Part shown: positions 18,329-28,007 of the stretch, in pieces
Position numbering within the stretch: position 1 is the first letter of the stretch
Layout: the number at the start of each line of letters is the position of its first letter
Virus record (IMG/VR): IMGVR_UViG_3300034062_004332
Span: 1,687-65,686 of that record
Source of the DNA: a virus
Lineage: Duplodnaviria > Caudoviricetes
Reading direction: 5' to 3' (one strand)
Length of the DNA stretch: 64,000 nucleotides
Notes under the pieces: model-generated
Seen by the model: the letters and a program-made list of their open reading frames with translations, nothing else
Told to the model about the DNA's origin: nothing
Database searches by the model: none
Translations under genes and position numbers: made by a program

Positions 18329-19020
18329 TGGTTTTTGATCCTATTAGTGCTATCGGTGCTTTTGGATCCCTTGCGGGGGGTGCAGGATCTCTTATTGGCG
18401 CCCTTGGTGGCGGGGGTGGGGCTCCTGCTGGAGACTATGCTTCCCTTTACGCTGCTCAGTTATCTCCCGGTAACGTTGCGCTCACTACGGCAGCGCAGCA
18501 ACTTGCAGCTCTGACTGGACCGTATCTGCAGTCTCTAAATACTAATACCGCACTGCAAGCTTCCCAGGCTTTAGGTCAATTTAATCAAGCTGCGTATAAA
18601 GATCAAACAAACACTGATCTTCTCGCAGGCGTGGCGGGCGCTCTCCAGTCTTCTCTGATCGGTAATCAGGATCTTGCTGCTAAATACAAAACCGCAACTG
18701 AATTCCTTGGTCCTTCTACAGCGGCTAACCTGACGAATCTGTTTGGCCAGTCCGCAGCCGCAATGCAGCAAGAAGTGCTCAAGGGCGAGTCCAGTGCAAT
18801 GAATACTATTACGGCTGGTCAAGTGCAGCAGGGCCTCAACGCTGCTAACTTACGGAACCAGACCGTAGCGCGATTAGCTGATACAAATATGGACATACGT
18901 AAACAGCAGGAACAAACGAAAAACCAGTTAGCTTTGCAGCGTGGGCAGGTAGAAGGTCAGTTGGCTCTCAAGCGGTTCGGGGCTGGCATGGCAATGGCCG
19001 GTGCTAGGGCGTTCGCATGA
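18328..19020 (+). CDS. Putative ejection/pilot protein
   Basis: DPISAIGAFGSLAGGAGSLIG N-terminus and A/Q-rich helix, typical of phage ejection proteins. Confidence 0.6.
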   Translation: MVFDPISAIGAFGSLAGGAGSLIGALGGGGGAPAGDYASLYAAQLSPGNVALTTAAQQLAALTGPYLQSLNTNTALQASQALGQFNQAAYKDQTNTDLLAGVAGALQSSLIGNQDLAAKYKTATEFLGPSTAANLTNLFGQSAAAMQQEVLKGESSAMNTITAGQVQQGLNAANLRNQTVARLADTNMDIRKQQEQTKNQLALQRGQVEGQLALKRFGAGMAMAGARAFA

Positions 19021-19547
19021 TCTCACAAGCAATCGGGAATTCCAAGACTGTTGCGGACTGGCTGGCGTCTTTAGATAGCTCCAACAAAGACGCGTTTGTT
19101 CACTATGCAAAAAATGCAGTTAGTGACATCGAAGCGTATCTGTACGCCAGGTTTTTAAAGCCGAGATACGACGGCAGCATCAGCGATCTAACCGCGTGGA
19201 TTCAAGAGAAGTACCCCAAGAGTGACTTGCGAAAAGTCTTGCTTATCGAGATTGACGAGCTGCAAGACGATATTCGTAAAGTTAGAGATATGACCGTGAC
19301 GGGGATGCTAGATCACGCCACGGCGGCAACTAAGATTTCAGCGCTCCAGAAAGAACTGCGGTCACACATTCAATCGGTTCGCGCCATGTCTGATGGCATG
19401 GACCGCCGTGGTTTGTTACTGGCTGGCGCCGATCGTTGTTTGCGCGAGCTGAACCAGACCTTTGATTCGCAGCCGACGATTCAAACGTTGCTCGAAGATG
19501 CCGCGATGCTGGTCTGGTCTGTGCTCGAACGGGAAGAGAAAAGTTAG
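19017..19547 (+). CDS. Helical protein, possible terminase small subunit
   Basis: 176 aa, helical; last plus-strand gene before terL (inferred from position only). Confidence 0.4.
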   Translation: MISQAIGNSKTVADWLASLDSSNKDAFVHYAKNAVSDIEAYLYARFLKPRYDGSISDLTAWIQEKYPKSDLRKVLLIEIDELQDDIRKVRDMTVTGMLDHATAATKISALQKELRSHIQSVRAMSDGMDRRGLLLAGADRCLRELNQTFDSQPTIQTLLEDAAMLVWSVLEREEKS

Positions 19548-20629
19548 TCGATTGGTTGCAGTCGTTTAACGATGTTCTCCAGCGGGGTTCTGAAGATCCC
19601 CATGAAGGCATCGTTGACTCCCAGTGACATAACTAGCTCTGTGTTTTCAACGTAGGCACCAAACGGCAGAATCACTGCGGGCTGGAATGACACAATGTTG
19701 CCGCCCACGTCGGTCCAAGAAATCAGACGATCGTGCAGAGATCCAGAAAACAAAGGTTTTGGATCGACATGCGTTACCTTAGTGAAGTCACGGTCGACCA
19801 TGTAGGCACCCAGATGATACAGGAGATATGAAAAGCCTGTATTGTCTCGGGTCATGTGCTTCCAGTGGTAGAAGATCAGATGCCCGTAGCCTAGGTTGAT
19901 GGGTGCTAGCGAGTTGAACGTTGGACATCCGCCGGTAACACGATCTAGTGCAGACGTGTCGATTTCTGTGTTTTTATCTTTTTCCGATTCGATAATTAGA
20001 GGCCGCGTGGAGTACAGGCACTTCAGCTCATCCTTGTGCGAGAAGAAGCACCAGTTCTTCTCCGGTTTGCCTACGACCCGGTTTTGACCGATCGGGGGGA
20101 TTGCCGGGTACTGGGCTTCACCATCTTTGTTGATGTAGCAGACAATAACTTTGGGATGGTCAAAGAGTTTCTTGTCCCCTTTGTTGTACTTGCTCGCATA
20201 GGTCGATCCGACGAACTGGATATACAGTTCCTCGTCAGGTCCTCTGAACAGCCGTGGGTCTTCGTAGCTAAGCCTATGCGGCTTGGACCGAATCTTCTTG
20301 GCGCCCAAGATCGTTGTGTCGTTAGCTAGTTCGCCTAGATATACTTCCGTTGGCGTGTTGTTCAGGTAAAAGTAGTTATTGTCGTAGCGGAAGCAGAATG
20401 GCTCAGGTTGCGCTCGCCACGCGATCAAAGTTCGGTTGCCGTGTTTGATGATGCTGGGACTGAAGTTAGCTACAGCTTTGTCTGGCAGCCCATGTACAAT
20501 TCGGGTGAATTTGCCGCCGAGTTGTTCTGCCTGTTGGTAGACGTTTGGGATTCCTTCTTCTTCCGTTCGGATTAGTTGCGCAACGCCGGAATAGGCGTGG
20601 AAGTAGCGGTTGGTTGACTGCATAATCAA
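19544..20629 (-). CDS. Five-bladed beta-propeller glycan enzyme (GH130/GT91-like)
   Basis: YEDPRLF and EKNWCFF motifs; C-terminal MSLGVNDA. Confidence 0.7.
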   Translation of the reverse strand: MIMQSTNRYFHAYSGVAQLIRTEEEGIPNVYQQAEQLGGKFTRIVHGLPDKAVANFSPSIIKHGNRTLIAWRAQPEPFCFRYDNNYFYLNNTPTEVYLGELANDTTILGAKKIRSKPHRLSYEDPRLFRGPDEELYIQFVGSTYASKYNKGDKKLFDHPKVIVCYINKDGEAQYPAIPPIGQNRVVGKPEKNWCFFSHKDELKCLYSTRPLIIESEKDKNTEIDTSALDRVTGGCPTFNSLAPINLGYGHLIFYHWKHMTRDNTGFSYLLYHLGAYMVDRDFTKVTHVDPKPLFSGSLHDRLISWTDVGGNIVSFQPAVILPFGAYVENTELVMSLGVNDAFMGIFRTPLENIVKRLQPID

Positions 20630-21798
20630 ACAAGAAGATCAGTAATGGCTTTAGAGAATCCCTTGGCGATGTGCTCCCAGCGATATTCTTTGCGCTGAGT
20701 CAGTGCATAGCACGCATCGGCAACCTCCTCGTAAGTTTCCTTGTTTGTGTACAGCTCATTCAGGCAGTCAACCACGCTGTCGATATTGACTAGACCGCGC
20801 ACAACCCCAAGATCTTTATCCGTCACCCAGGTTGCAATTTCAGCAGTCATCCCTGCGCCGTCCCACAGATCGTGGCATACGGTGTGATTAGGGACTACCT
20901 GAGGTTTATGGCACCCGGCGTGCTCAAAGCTGACAAGGCCCCAACCTTCGCCATCGGCTGTGTTTAACCCAACGTCCGTGGCGTTATAGATCCGGTTGAG
21001 AAGTTCATCCGGCGGCGCATCTAGATAAGAAATTGAATTTGAGGTCAAGACAAGTCGGTTGAATGGGTCCAAACCGTACCGTTCCATTTCCCTTTGGAAC
21101 ATCGGCATGATGTCCCAACCTAGATCCTTCAGGCCCATGTGTAGATACAACATGGTATCTGGTTTATCTACGGCAAACTTGGCGAATGCCTGAACCGTCA
21201 GATCAATACGTTTTCTGGGTTGGTTTCTGTTGCCATTGAAGACAATGAATTTGTCTTTGGGGAGACCCAGGCTGTCGCGAGCTTCGTCGCGGGACATGGG
21301 TTTGAACCGCTCGCTGTCAACGCCGTGCGGCAGCACTGCCATTCGCTGCGGATTGATCTTGTGTTTCAGTAGACGCTCCGCACTACCCACGGTGAATGTC
21401 GTGGCCAGATCCCAGTGCTCGATGTTGCGGAGCATATCTGGGTAGTAGGCTTCGCTATCTGTAGGGAAGTAAGCCAGAAACTTAAAGTTGTGCTGCTCTT
21501 TCAGGAAGTGAATTTTCTCCCAAACCTGATTAAGCACCCAGATGTCATTGAGCCCGATAAATACGTCAGGTTGGACCTTAGCTACGATCTCGGGGAGCCG
21601 CTGCAGCCCAAATCGATCCGGCGCGTTCACCGTGGCTGCTGGGTAGATGTCGAACGGATACTCGTGCGGATCCCCGACTGAGTTAATCCCGATTACTGTA
21701 ACGTCGTGATCTTTATGTAGGTGATCTAATACGCTGTGTGTTACTCGCCCGAAGCCGGTATTAGAGCACGCGTCTCCATACCAAAGAACTTTCGCCAT
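20626..21798 (-). CDS. GT4 glycosyltransferase
   Basis: TGFGRV, PHGVD, NRNQPRKR, EGWGLVSFE. Confidence 0.9.
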   Translation of the reverse strand: MAKVLWYGDACSNTGFGRVTHSVLDHLHKDHDVTVIGINSVGDPHEYPFDIYPAATVNAPDRFGLQRLPEIVAKVQPDVFIGLNDIWVLNQVWEKIHFLKEQHNFKFLAYFPTDSEAYYPDMLRNIEHWDLATTFTVGSAERLLKHKINPQRMAVLPHGVDSERFKPMSRDEARDSLGLPKDKFIVFNGNRNQPRKRIDLTVQAFAKFAVDKPDTMLYLHMGLKDLGWDIMPMFQREMERYGLDPFNRLVLTSNSISYLDAPPDELLNRIYNATDVGLNTADGEGWGLVSFEHAGCHKPQVVPNHTVCHDLWDGAGMTAEIATWVTDKDLGVVRGLVNIDSVVDCLNELYTNKETYEEVADACYALTQRKEYRWEHIAKGFSKAITDLLV

Positions 21799-21851
21799 TC
21801 GGCTGTAGAATCTCGATAGAGCTACTATAGCAACACTGTCAGGATATTGAC

Positions 21852-24575
21852 ATGCCGAGTCGGGAATCGTTTGCTTACCGCCGTGGGACTCAGTTTAAAG
21901 CAGTTCGTGCGCAGGAGAGCGCTCCAGTAACCGTAGATAACATCTATGCTAAAGCGGCAAACGACTTCCAGACCTTCTGTACGGTACTGGATAAACCACC
22001 CGCTAAGCACATGTTAGAGTGGCACCAGCACTTAATTACAGGTGAGTCTAATAAGTACTTGCTAGATATTGCAGGACCTAATCTTGACATTTTAAGTCCG
22101 CGAGGGCCTCTGCATCCAGACACAGAGGTTGCAACTCCCTTGGGCTGGAGGCCACTTAAAAATTTAAATATAGGAGATTTGGTTTACGGGGACGACGGTG
22201 AGCCAACAGAAGTTCTAGATGTAATGTCCTACGGTTCCACAAAGTTATTTGAGGTGACGTTTTCGGATGGAACTTCAATGGTTTGTGATGCGTCGCATCG
22301 GTTTGATGTCAGACGCATGGGGACAGACCCAAAGGGGACCTACCGTACAATGACTTTGCAGGAGATAAAAGATTTTGTTACTACTGGGATTAAAGGTAAC
22401 TGGAGGACCGGGATTCAGCGCACAGTGCGCCAAGCGTTGCCGGGAGAAACACCGTGGCTAGATACAAGAGGTCACAGCAGGTATCAGGTTCCGGTCACTG
22501 CTCCTATTAATTATCCAGAAGCTGATTTGCCTCTCCACCCTTATTTAATCGGTGTTCTTCTAGGGGATGGAGGTTTAACAGATAAAACTTCTATAAACCT
22601 CACAACTATTGATACAGATATAGTTGATTTTATTAATACTATCTTGCCTGAAGATACTATTTTAGTTGAGCGGTCGTATGAATCTCGGAAGTACTCATAT
22701 CAGTTTCAGACGACCCAGGGTGTAAAAAAAACTATTATAGATGGCAGAAGAGGAGGCTTTAAAAAAGAAATTTCTCTACATTTAGAGAACTTGGGTATGC
22801 GAGGTAAAGGGGCGTTAGAGAAGTCTATTCCTAAACAATATTTATATGGGTCTGTGGAGCAGCGTGAATGGCTTCTGCGCGGCCTTATGGATACGGATGG
22901 CACACGAATGTCTCGTAGCCAGCATCAAAGCGATTCTGGTCGCGGAGGGTTAGCGTTCGGTAGCTCTAGCCTACAACTTATTACAGACTTTATAGAGCTT
23001 GTACGCTCTTTAGGTGGTGTTGCGTACTTTAATAAACCATATTATCCTCATTACTTTAAAGGCAAAGAAAAGATTGTAAGTAAAAATTTAGCTTATAGAT
23101 GCAGCTTTGCATTGCCTGCTGACATCAAGCCGTTTTTCTGCAAACGTAAGTCTGACGCTTATAAGGGTCCAGTATCTTCTAGATCTAATCGAGGTGTCGT
23201 TCGATCGATTATAGACATTAAACCGTGCGGGGAGAGCCCTGTAATGTGTATCCGCGTGGCTAATCCAAAAGAACGTTTCGTTATAAAAGATTATGTAGTT
23301 AGTAAAAATAGCGCCAAATCTACGGTCTTGAATTTATTTACTGCATGGATTATTGGGAGGCACACCAGCGCTCAGTTGCCTCTACAGATTATTTACGTTT
23401 CGTACAACATCAATACGGCTATACCGAAGAGTCGGATTATCAAGCAGATCATCGACTCTGTTGAGTTCAAGAAGGTATTCCCTCGTGTAAAACTCAAGAC
23501 GGGGATGCAGTCAGACGTTGGCTGGTCAATTGATTTTGAGTACGCTGGTATCCCTCGCGTAGGTGATGAAGAATTTACTCTAAGAGCTGCAGGATTAAGA
23601 GGATCAATTACATCAAAAAGGGCTCACCTTGTTATTATAGATGACCCGATCAAGTCAAGTACCGACATTAAGAACCCTATTATTAGAGAAGAGATGAATA
23701 ACAACTGGTCTTCTGTGATCTCTCCAATTATTTTTGAAGGTGGACGCTCTATATGTCTAGGGACGCGCTTCCACCCACTCGATATTCACAAAACTCTCTT
23801 CGTGGAGTCTAAGGGCTGGAAGCAGGTTACGCAAGAGGCTTTGACCTATGACAACCATGGTAATGCGATCAGTTACTGGCCCGAGCAGTGGTCTGTGAGC
23901 TACCTGCAACAGCAGAAGGAGCTGGACCCCGTGGCTTTTGCCTTCCAGTATCAACAGCAGCCCGTACTAACCTCTGATTTGATCGTTTCGCCTGAGTTGC
24001 TTGTCAAAGGTGAGGTAGTTACAGAGTTTGATTCGCTAGCGGTCGGCATTGACTTGTCGGCCAGCAGGAATGAAACCAGCGACTACACGGCTTTCGTGTT
24101 GGGCGGACGGCTCAAAGATATGTACTACATAATCGACGCGCACCAGTGTCGAAGTATCGGCAACTTAGAGAAGATTGATTTATTGTGTGACATGTTATTA
24201 GAGTGGGGGATTTTGGTTAAACAGGACAACATCTATGCACCTACATACTCCACGGTGACACTCGTGGTCGAATCCGTGGCGTATCAGGCGTCCTTGGCAG
24301 CGGACATCAAACGGGTCTTAATTAACGAGCGCGAATTGACGAATTTAAATATCCATGAAGTCAAAGGGTTCCGGGGCGACAAGCTGTCGCGTTTCCGAGG
24401 TACACTTGGTATCCTTGAACACAAGAAGGTGGTGTTTAACAAATATCGCAAGTTTGATGCGCTATTTGAACAGTTGATTAATGTGGGTGCTACGTCTCAC
24501 GATGACTTACTGGATGCTTACACACACCTGATCACGTTCCTTCAGCGTCGCGGTAGTTTTTCGATCGAATACTGA
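21852..24575 (+). CDS. terL: Terminase large subunit with intein
   Basis: Walker A PRG|SAKST split by the intein; Walker B VIIDD; GTRFH; nuclease GIDLS...DYTA...HDDLLDA. Confidence 0.93.
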   Translation: MPSRESFAYRRGTQFKAVRAQESAPVTVDNIYAKAANDFQTFCTVLDKPPAKHMLEWHQHLITGESNKYLLDIAGPNLDILSPRGPLHPDTEVATPLGWRPLKNLNIGDLVYGDDGEPTEVLDVMSYGSTKLFEVTFSDGTSMVCDASHRFDVRRMGTDPKGTYRTMTLQEIKDFVTTGIKGNWRTGIQRTVRQALPGETPWLDTRGHSRYQVPVTAPINYPEADLPLHPYLIGVLLGDGGLTDKTSINLTTIDTDIVDFINTILPEDTILVERSYESRKYSYQFQTTQGVKKTIIDGRRGGFKKEISLHLENLGMRGKGALEKSIPKQYLYGSVEQREWLLRGLMDTDGTRMSRSQHQSDSGRGGLAFGSSSLQLITDFIELVRSLGGVAYFNKPYYPHYFKGKEKIVSKNLAYRCSFALPADIKPFFCKRKSDAYKGPVSSRSNRGVVRSIIDIKPCGESPVMCIRVANPKERFVIKDYVVSKNSAKSTVLNLFTAWIIGRHTSAQLPLQIIYVSYNINTAIPKSRIIKQIIDSVEFKKVFPRVKLKTGMQSDVGWSIDFEYAGIPRVGDEEFTLRAAGLRGSITSKRAHLVIIDDPIKSSTDIKNPIIREEMNNNWSSVISPIIFEGGRSICLGTRFHPLDIHKTLFVESKGWKQVTQEALTYDNHGNAISYWPEQWSVSYLQQQKELDPVAFAFQYQQQPVLTSDLIVSPELLVKGEVVTEFDSLAVGIDLSASRNETSDYTAFVLGGRLKDMYYIIDAHQCRSIGNLEKIDLLCDMLLEWGILVKQDNIYAPTYSTVTLVVESVAYQASLAADIKRVLINERELTNLNIHEVKGFRGDKLSRFRGTLGILEHKKVVFNKYRKFDALFEQLINVGATSHDDLLDAYTHLITFLQRRGSFSIEY
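22107..23309 (+). mobile_element. Intein (401 aa) with LAGLIDADG endonuclease, class-3-like
   Basis: PLHPDTEVATPLGW...VMCIRV...VVSKN|S; LAGLIDADG helices LIGVLLGDG and LRGLMDTDG. Confidence 0.9.
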
Positions 24576-24576
24576 A

Positions 24577-25449
24577 ATGCGTTCAATCTGGGTTGCGATC
24601 ACGGCGTTCCGTCCTATGGGGCGCCTCTCGGTTTTGTTGGACACTGTTTCACAGTACACTTCGTTTCCTTTTAAGGTTACTGTATGCGTTTATATTGATT
24701 ACGACTCTCAGGGTGACTTAGAGTTCTTAGAGAGGTCTCTTGGTCTTTTCAAGAATCTGGATGTACAAGTTAAGGTTGCAAGCCCCGGTTACGAAGGCTG
24801 GTATTTGACTTGGGCGCATAAGACTGATTTAGCTTTAGAGATACTTAATCGACGGCATGACTTTTACATATACCAAGAAAATGATATGACACTGACTTTA
24901 GATAACTTCAACTACTGGTTGGCGTGGAATCCACGGTTGTCTGATCTGGGGTTCGAGCCCGGCTTTGTTCGGTATGAAGAGTACAACGGACTTAAAGTTC
25001 CTTTCGACAATCACTATGAATACTCGCTTATTGGCAAGACTCCTAATGTCTGGTCTGACGTAGGATTTACGGTGCCAAAAATATTAGTAGTTGATCATGA
25101 AGTTAGTGTATTTGTACAGGCAGCTAATCCGTATTATGGAGCGATGATTTTAAATCAAGCAGACGGTGAGAAATATATTCGCTCGGATAGCTACGATCCT
25201 CAGAAGAGTTACGAGCGGATTGGGATCCGAAACTGGCCTATTGCGGATCGGAGTTCTATGGGTTTGGCGTTTGAAGGCGTGCCTAATGGGTGTGAGCATC
25301 GTCGCTGCGTCCCTCTAGTCAAAAAAGATGGAAAGTATACGCTCAAACCGTCGAGTTTGATTAAACATAACGACTATAAATACGCCCCAGAGTTAAACAG
25401 AAAAGGGGTTAAAGTTATGGACTATACAGATATGTTTGTTTTACGGTGA
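24577..25449 (+). CDS. Putative glycosyltransferase (GT-A-like)
   Basis: LTWAHK...FYIYQENDM DxD-like motif; NPYYGAMIL. Confidence 0.55.
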   Translation: MRSIWVAITAFRPMGRLSVLLDTVSQYTSFPFKVTVCVYIDYDSQGDLEFLERSLGLFKNLDVQVKVASPGYEGWYLTWAHKTDLALEILNRRHDFYIYQENDMTLTLDNFNYWLAWNPRLSDLGFEPGFVRYEEYNGLKVPFDNHYEYSLIGKTPNVWSDVGFTVPKILVVDHEVSVFVQAANPYYGAMILNQADGEKYIRSDSYDPQKSYERIGIRNWPIADRSSMGLAFEGVPNGCEHRRCVPLVKKDGKYTLKPSSLIKHNDYKYAPELNRKGVKVMDYTDMFVLR

Positions 25450-25598
25450 AACTTTCACGAGGTGCAGAGTACGTAAAAGTCTGCTATATTCTCGATGGCC
25501 TCAACTGCACTCAAGTGCTCAAAAGGCCCGACGCATATCTGTTACGCAAGTATTTAGCTAAGCATGACGGAACAATCTACTGGTTCAATGCAGCCTAA
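25446..25598 (+). CDS. Small hypothetical protein (50 aa)
   Basis: GTGA-coupled; MKLSRGAEYVKVCY...GTIYWFNAA. Confidence 0.45.
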   Translation: MKLSRGAEYVKVCYILDGLNCTQVLKRPDAYLLRKYLAKHDGTIYWFNAA

Positions 25599-25869
25599 TG
25601 ATCTGACTGGCGTTCTTGACGAGCGTGGCAGTCGGTACGGAAGTTTTCGCGGCCACGCTGAAGTGACTCAACGGCTAAAAGAAGTCTTCTGGGAGGAACT
25701 GGCAAAGAGAAATAAAAAGTTAGATGCTGATCAAATGGAAGCTCTGGAAATGATCATGCACAAAATTGGTCGGATCATAAATGGTGACGCTAATTATGAT
25801 GACTCTTGGAGGGATATTGCAGGGTACGCCATGTTAGTTTGTGATCGTTTGAACGGAGTCATTCGCTAG
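25588..25869 (+). CDS. DUF6378-like protein
   Basis: LDERGSRYGSF...KIGRIINGD..DSWRDIAGYA. Confidence 0.8.
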   Translation: MQPNDLTGVLDERGSRYGSFRGHAEVTQRLKEVFWEELAKRNKKLDADQMEALEMIMHKIGRIINGDANYDDSWRDIAGYAMLVCDRLNGVIR

Positions 25870-25915
25870 TACAATCCTGGCGTTTAGGCTAGACTTACAG
25901 AAATAGTTTTTTGAT

Positions 25916-26209
25916 ATGGATCTTCGAGCGTTTGGTGGGGTTTATCCGTATCGAGCTGAAGTTCCGTACGCTAGCGGTTTTGGGTTTGTTCCAGATCCTA
26001 CGGGAGCGAGCGGCGTTAAGTTTGCTGCGTGTAGAGCCTTGTTTATAGAAGCCAAATCCAGTGGAGCAAAAGGTTTTCTCGCTGTGCAGCTCTCTGATGC
26101 TCCAGGTCAGGTTTTGCGGGCAGATCATCTCATAGGAGACACGATTTACCCTATATCTTGTACAGCTGTCTCCAGTGGAGACGTTGAAGGCGTTTTTGTG
26201 CTCTACTGA
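25916..26209 (+). CDS. Small beta-rich structural (spike/decoration-like) protein
   Basis: ACRALFI...LAVQLSD...YPISCTAV pattern. Confidence 0.6.
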   Translation: MDLRAFGGVYPYRAEVPYASGFGFVPDPTGASGVKFAACRALFIEAKSSGAKGFLAVQLSDAPGQVLRADHLIGDTIYPISCTAVSSGDVEGVFVLY

Positions 26210-26436
26210 TGGCTGAGATCGCTAAAAAACGAGATCCTCAGAAGTGGGCACGGGCCAAAGCTAAGGCTCGGGCCAAACTTGGCGGCCACAGTGCGCGAGC
26301 TATGCAGCTTGCGACTAAATACTATAAAGATATGGGTGGGTCCTACGAAGGTAAAAAGTCTTCTAAGAACCGTCTGTCTAGATGGAGTGATGAAAAATGG
26401 GAAACTCGTGAAGAATACGAGAAGTCCGATAAGTGA
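26209..26436 (+). CDS. Basic conserved phage protein (DUF5872 N-half-like)
   Basis: SARAMQLATKYYKDMGGSYEGKK...WSDEKWET. Confidence 0.7.
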   Translation: MAEIAKKRDPQKWARAKAKARAKLGGHSARAMQLATKYYKDMGGSYEGKKSSKNRLSRWSDEKWETREEYEKSDK

Positions 26437-26870
26437 GTTCCGTGGAGCACTCTGATTCTCTAAAGCCAAAGCTGTTTCTAGAGAAAACAGTAACGACTTT
26501 GGTTGAGAGCTGCCCCACGGCCACCGTGGACATTGAAGAGAACATCAAAAACCGAAATTGGACAATCGATAAGTTCAAATACGGTCCCTTGAACCCGGAT
26601 TATCCCGATCCTGGTTTTTGGGAGGCTAAAGCAAACATGTGGAACACAGATATTGATCATGCGATGTCAGCTCGCTGCGGAAACTGTGCGGCCTTCGATC
26701 AGTCTCCGCGAGTTTTAGAGTGCATTATGGAGGGAATTAATGAAAATCGCGCTGCTCATCCCGAAGACGTAATGGAGTTAGCCGATCTTGGATACTGTCA
26801 GTTATTTAAATTCAAGTGCGCGGCTAAGCGCAGTTGCGACGCGTGGGTTCACGGAGGCCCGATTCAGTAA
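26433..26870 (+). CDS. Cys-rich conserved phage protein
   Basis: CPTAT..YGPLNP..RCGNCAAF..GYCQLFKFKCAAKRSCDAW. Confidence 0.8.
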   Translation: MSSVEHSDSLKPKLFLEKTVTTLVESCPTATVDIEENIKNRNWTIDKFKYGPLNPDYPDPGFWEAKANMWNTDIDHAMSARCGNCAAFDQSPRVLECIMEGINENRAAHPEDVMELADLGYCQLFKFKCAAKRSCDAWVHGGPIQ

Positions 26871-27088
26871 TGGCAGATTTAGCTAGAGAAAAAGGGCGCA
26901 CTGAGCGGTATTTACCCCGTGCGGCTTGGGCGCAGCTCAGCCCAGAGGAGCGTAGAGCCACAGACGAGAAGAAAAAGCAGGCCACGCGTGGTGACAAACC
27001 CGTGAATACGAGGGTTTCGAACACGGAAGCGGCGAAAGAAGCGAGACGTAAGGCTTCTTTGTACGCGGCTCGCAAGAAATCCGACTGA
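26870..27088 (+). CDS. Basic conserved phage protein (DUF5872 C-half-like)
   Basis: ERYLPRAAWAQLSPEERRATDEKKK. Confidence 0.7.
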   Translation: MADLAREKGRTERYLPRAAWAQLSPEERRATDEKKKQATRGDKPVNTRVSNTEAAKEARRKASLYAARKKSD

Positions 27089-27140
27089 TTTGGCCTAGAG
27101 AGCAGTTGTGTATTAGCATAGTGTCAGCTTTGAGCGGCTG

Positions 27141-27986
27141 ATGCTTTTCGATTGCTTCCTGTATTTCAATGAAAAGGAGCTTCTTGAGCTTCGCTATGAG
27201 ATTTTAAAGGACGTTGTAGACGGTTTTATCATCACAGACGCAAACAGAACGTTTAAAGGCGACCCAAAACCGTTCACTTGCGTAGAAACTCTGCGTGAGT
27301 TGGGCATTCCTGAGGACAAAGTGCAGGTTTTGCACGTTGAGCTGCCCTCTAAAGAGGATATTTTGAACCCGTGGGTGCGGGAATACGCTCAGCGAGACGC
27401 TTTGGCGGTCGGAATGCGTATGACTCCCCCCGATTCGGTGTTTTTCTTCAGTGATGTTGATGAGATTCCCCGACCGGATTCTCTTTTAGAGGCTGTAGAG
27501 CTGGCAAAACAGAGTCCAGAGCGCTGTGTTCGGCTGTCAATGCCGATGTTTTATGGTCGGGCCGATTTGCGAGTCATAAATCCTGATGGCAAGCCTGATG
27601 AAGCACCGAATAACTGGATTTGTGGCACTGTTGTACTTCATCAGCACCTAGAGCAGAGTCTTTCGCAGATTCGAATGAACGTAAACGATATTGTTGTCGG
27701 TGATTGCGATGCTGGGTGGCACTTTTCTTGGATGGGGGACGCCGAACGGTTGAAAACTAAGGTGCAGTCGTTCTCCCACTGCTATGACGACATCCCAAAC
27801 TCCGTGGCTCCGGCCAACAGCAAAGAAATGCTAGATTTTATGGATTCATACAGAGCTACTGCGGGCGCTACAGATCCTTTGGGGCGTACAGATCATATTT
27901 TGATCGATTACCCGCATGAGTCTTTGCCTCCTGAGCTGTTTAGAATAGATCGAGTCAGAAGCTTCCTGCTTCCGGCTTCGAATTGA
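27141..27986 (+). CDS. GT17-like N-acetylglucosaminyltransferase
   Basis: DCFLYFNEKELLELR, SDVDEIP, GWHFSW. Confidence 0.85.
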   Translation: MLFDCFLYFNEKELLELRYEILKDVVDGFIITDANRTFKGDPKPFTCVETLRELGIPEDKVQVLHVELPSKEDILNPWVREYAQRDALAVGMRMTPPDSVFFFSDVDEIPRPDSLLEAVELAKQSPERCVRLSMPMFYGRADLRVINPDGKPDEAPNNWICGTVVLHQHLEQSLSQIRMNVNDIVVGDCDAGWHFSWMGDAERLKTKVQSFSHCYDDIPNSVAPANSKEMLDFMDSYRATAGATDPLGRTDHILIDYPHESLPPELFRIDRVRSFLLPASN

Positions 27987-28007
27987 CGGTAAACGGGTCT
28001 AGATCTA

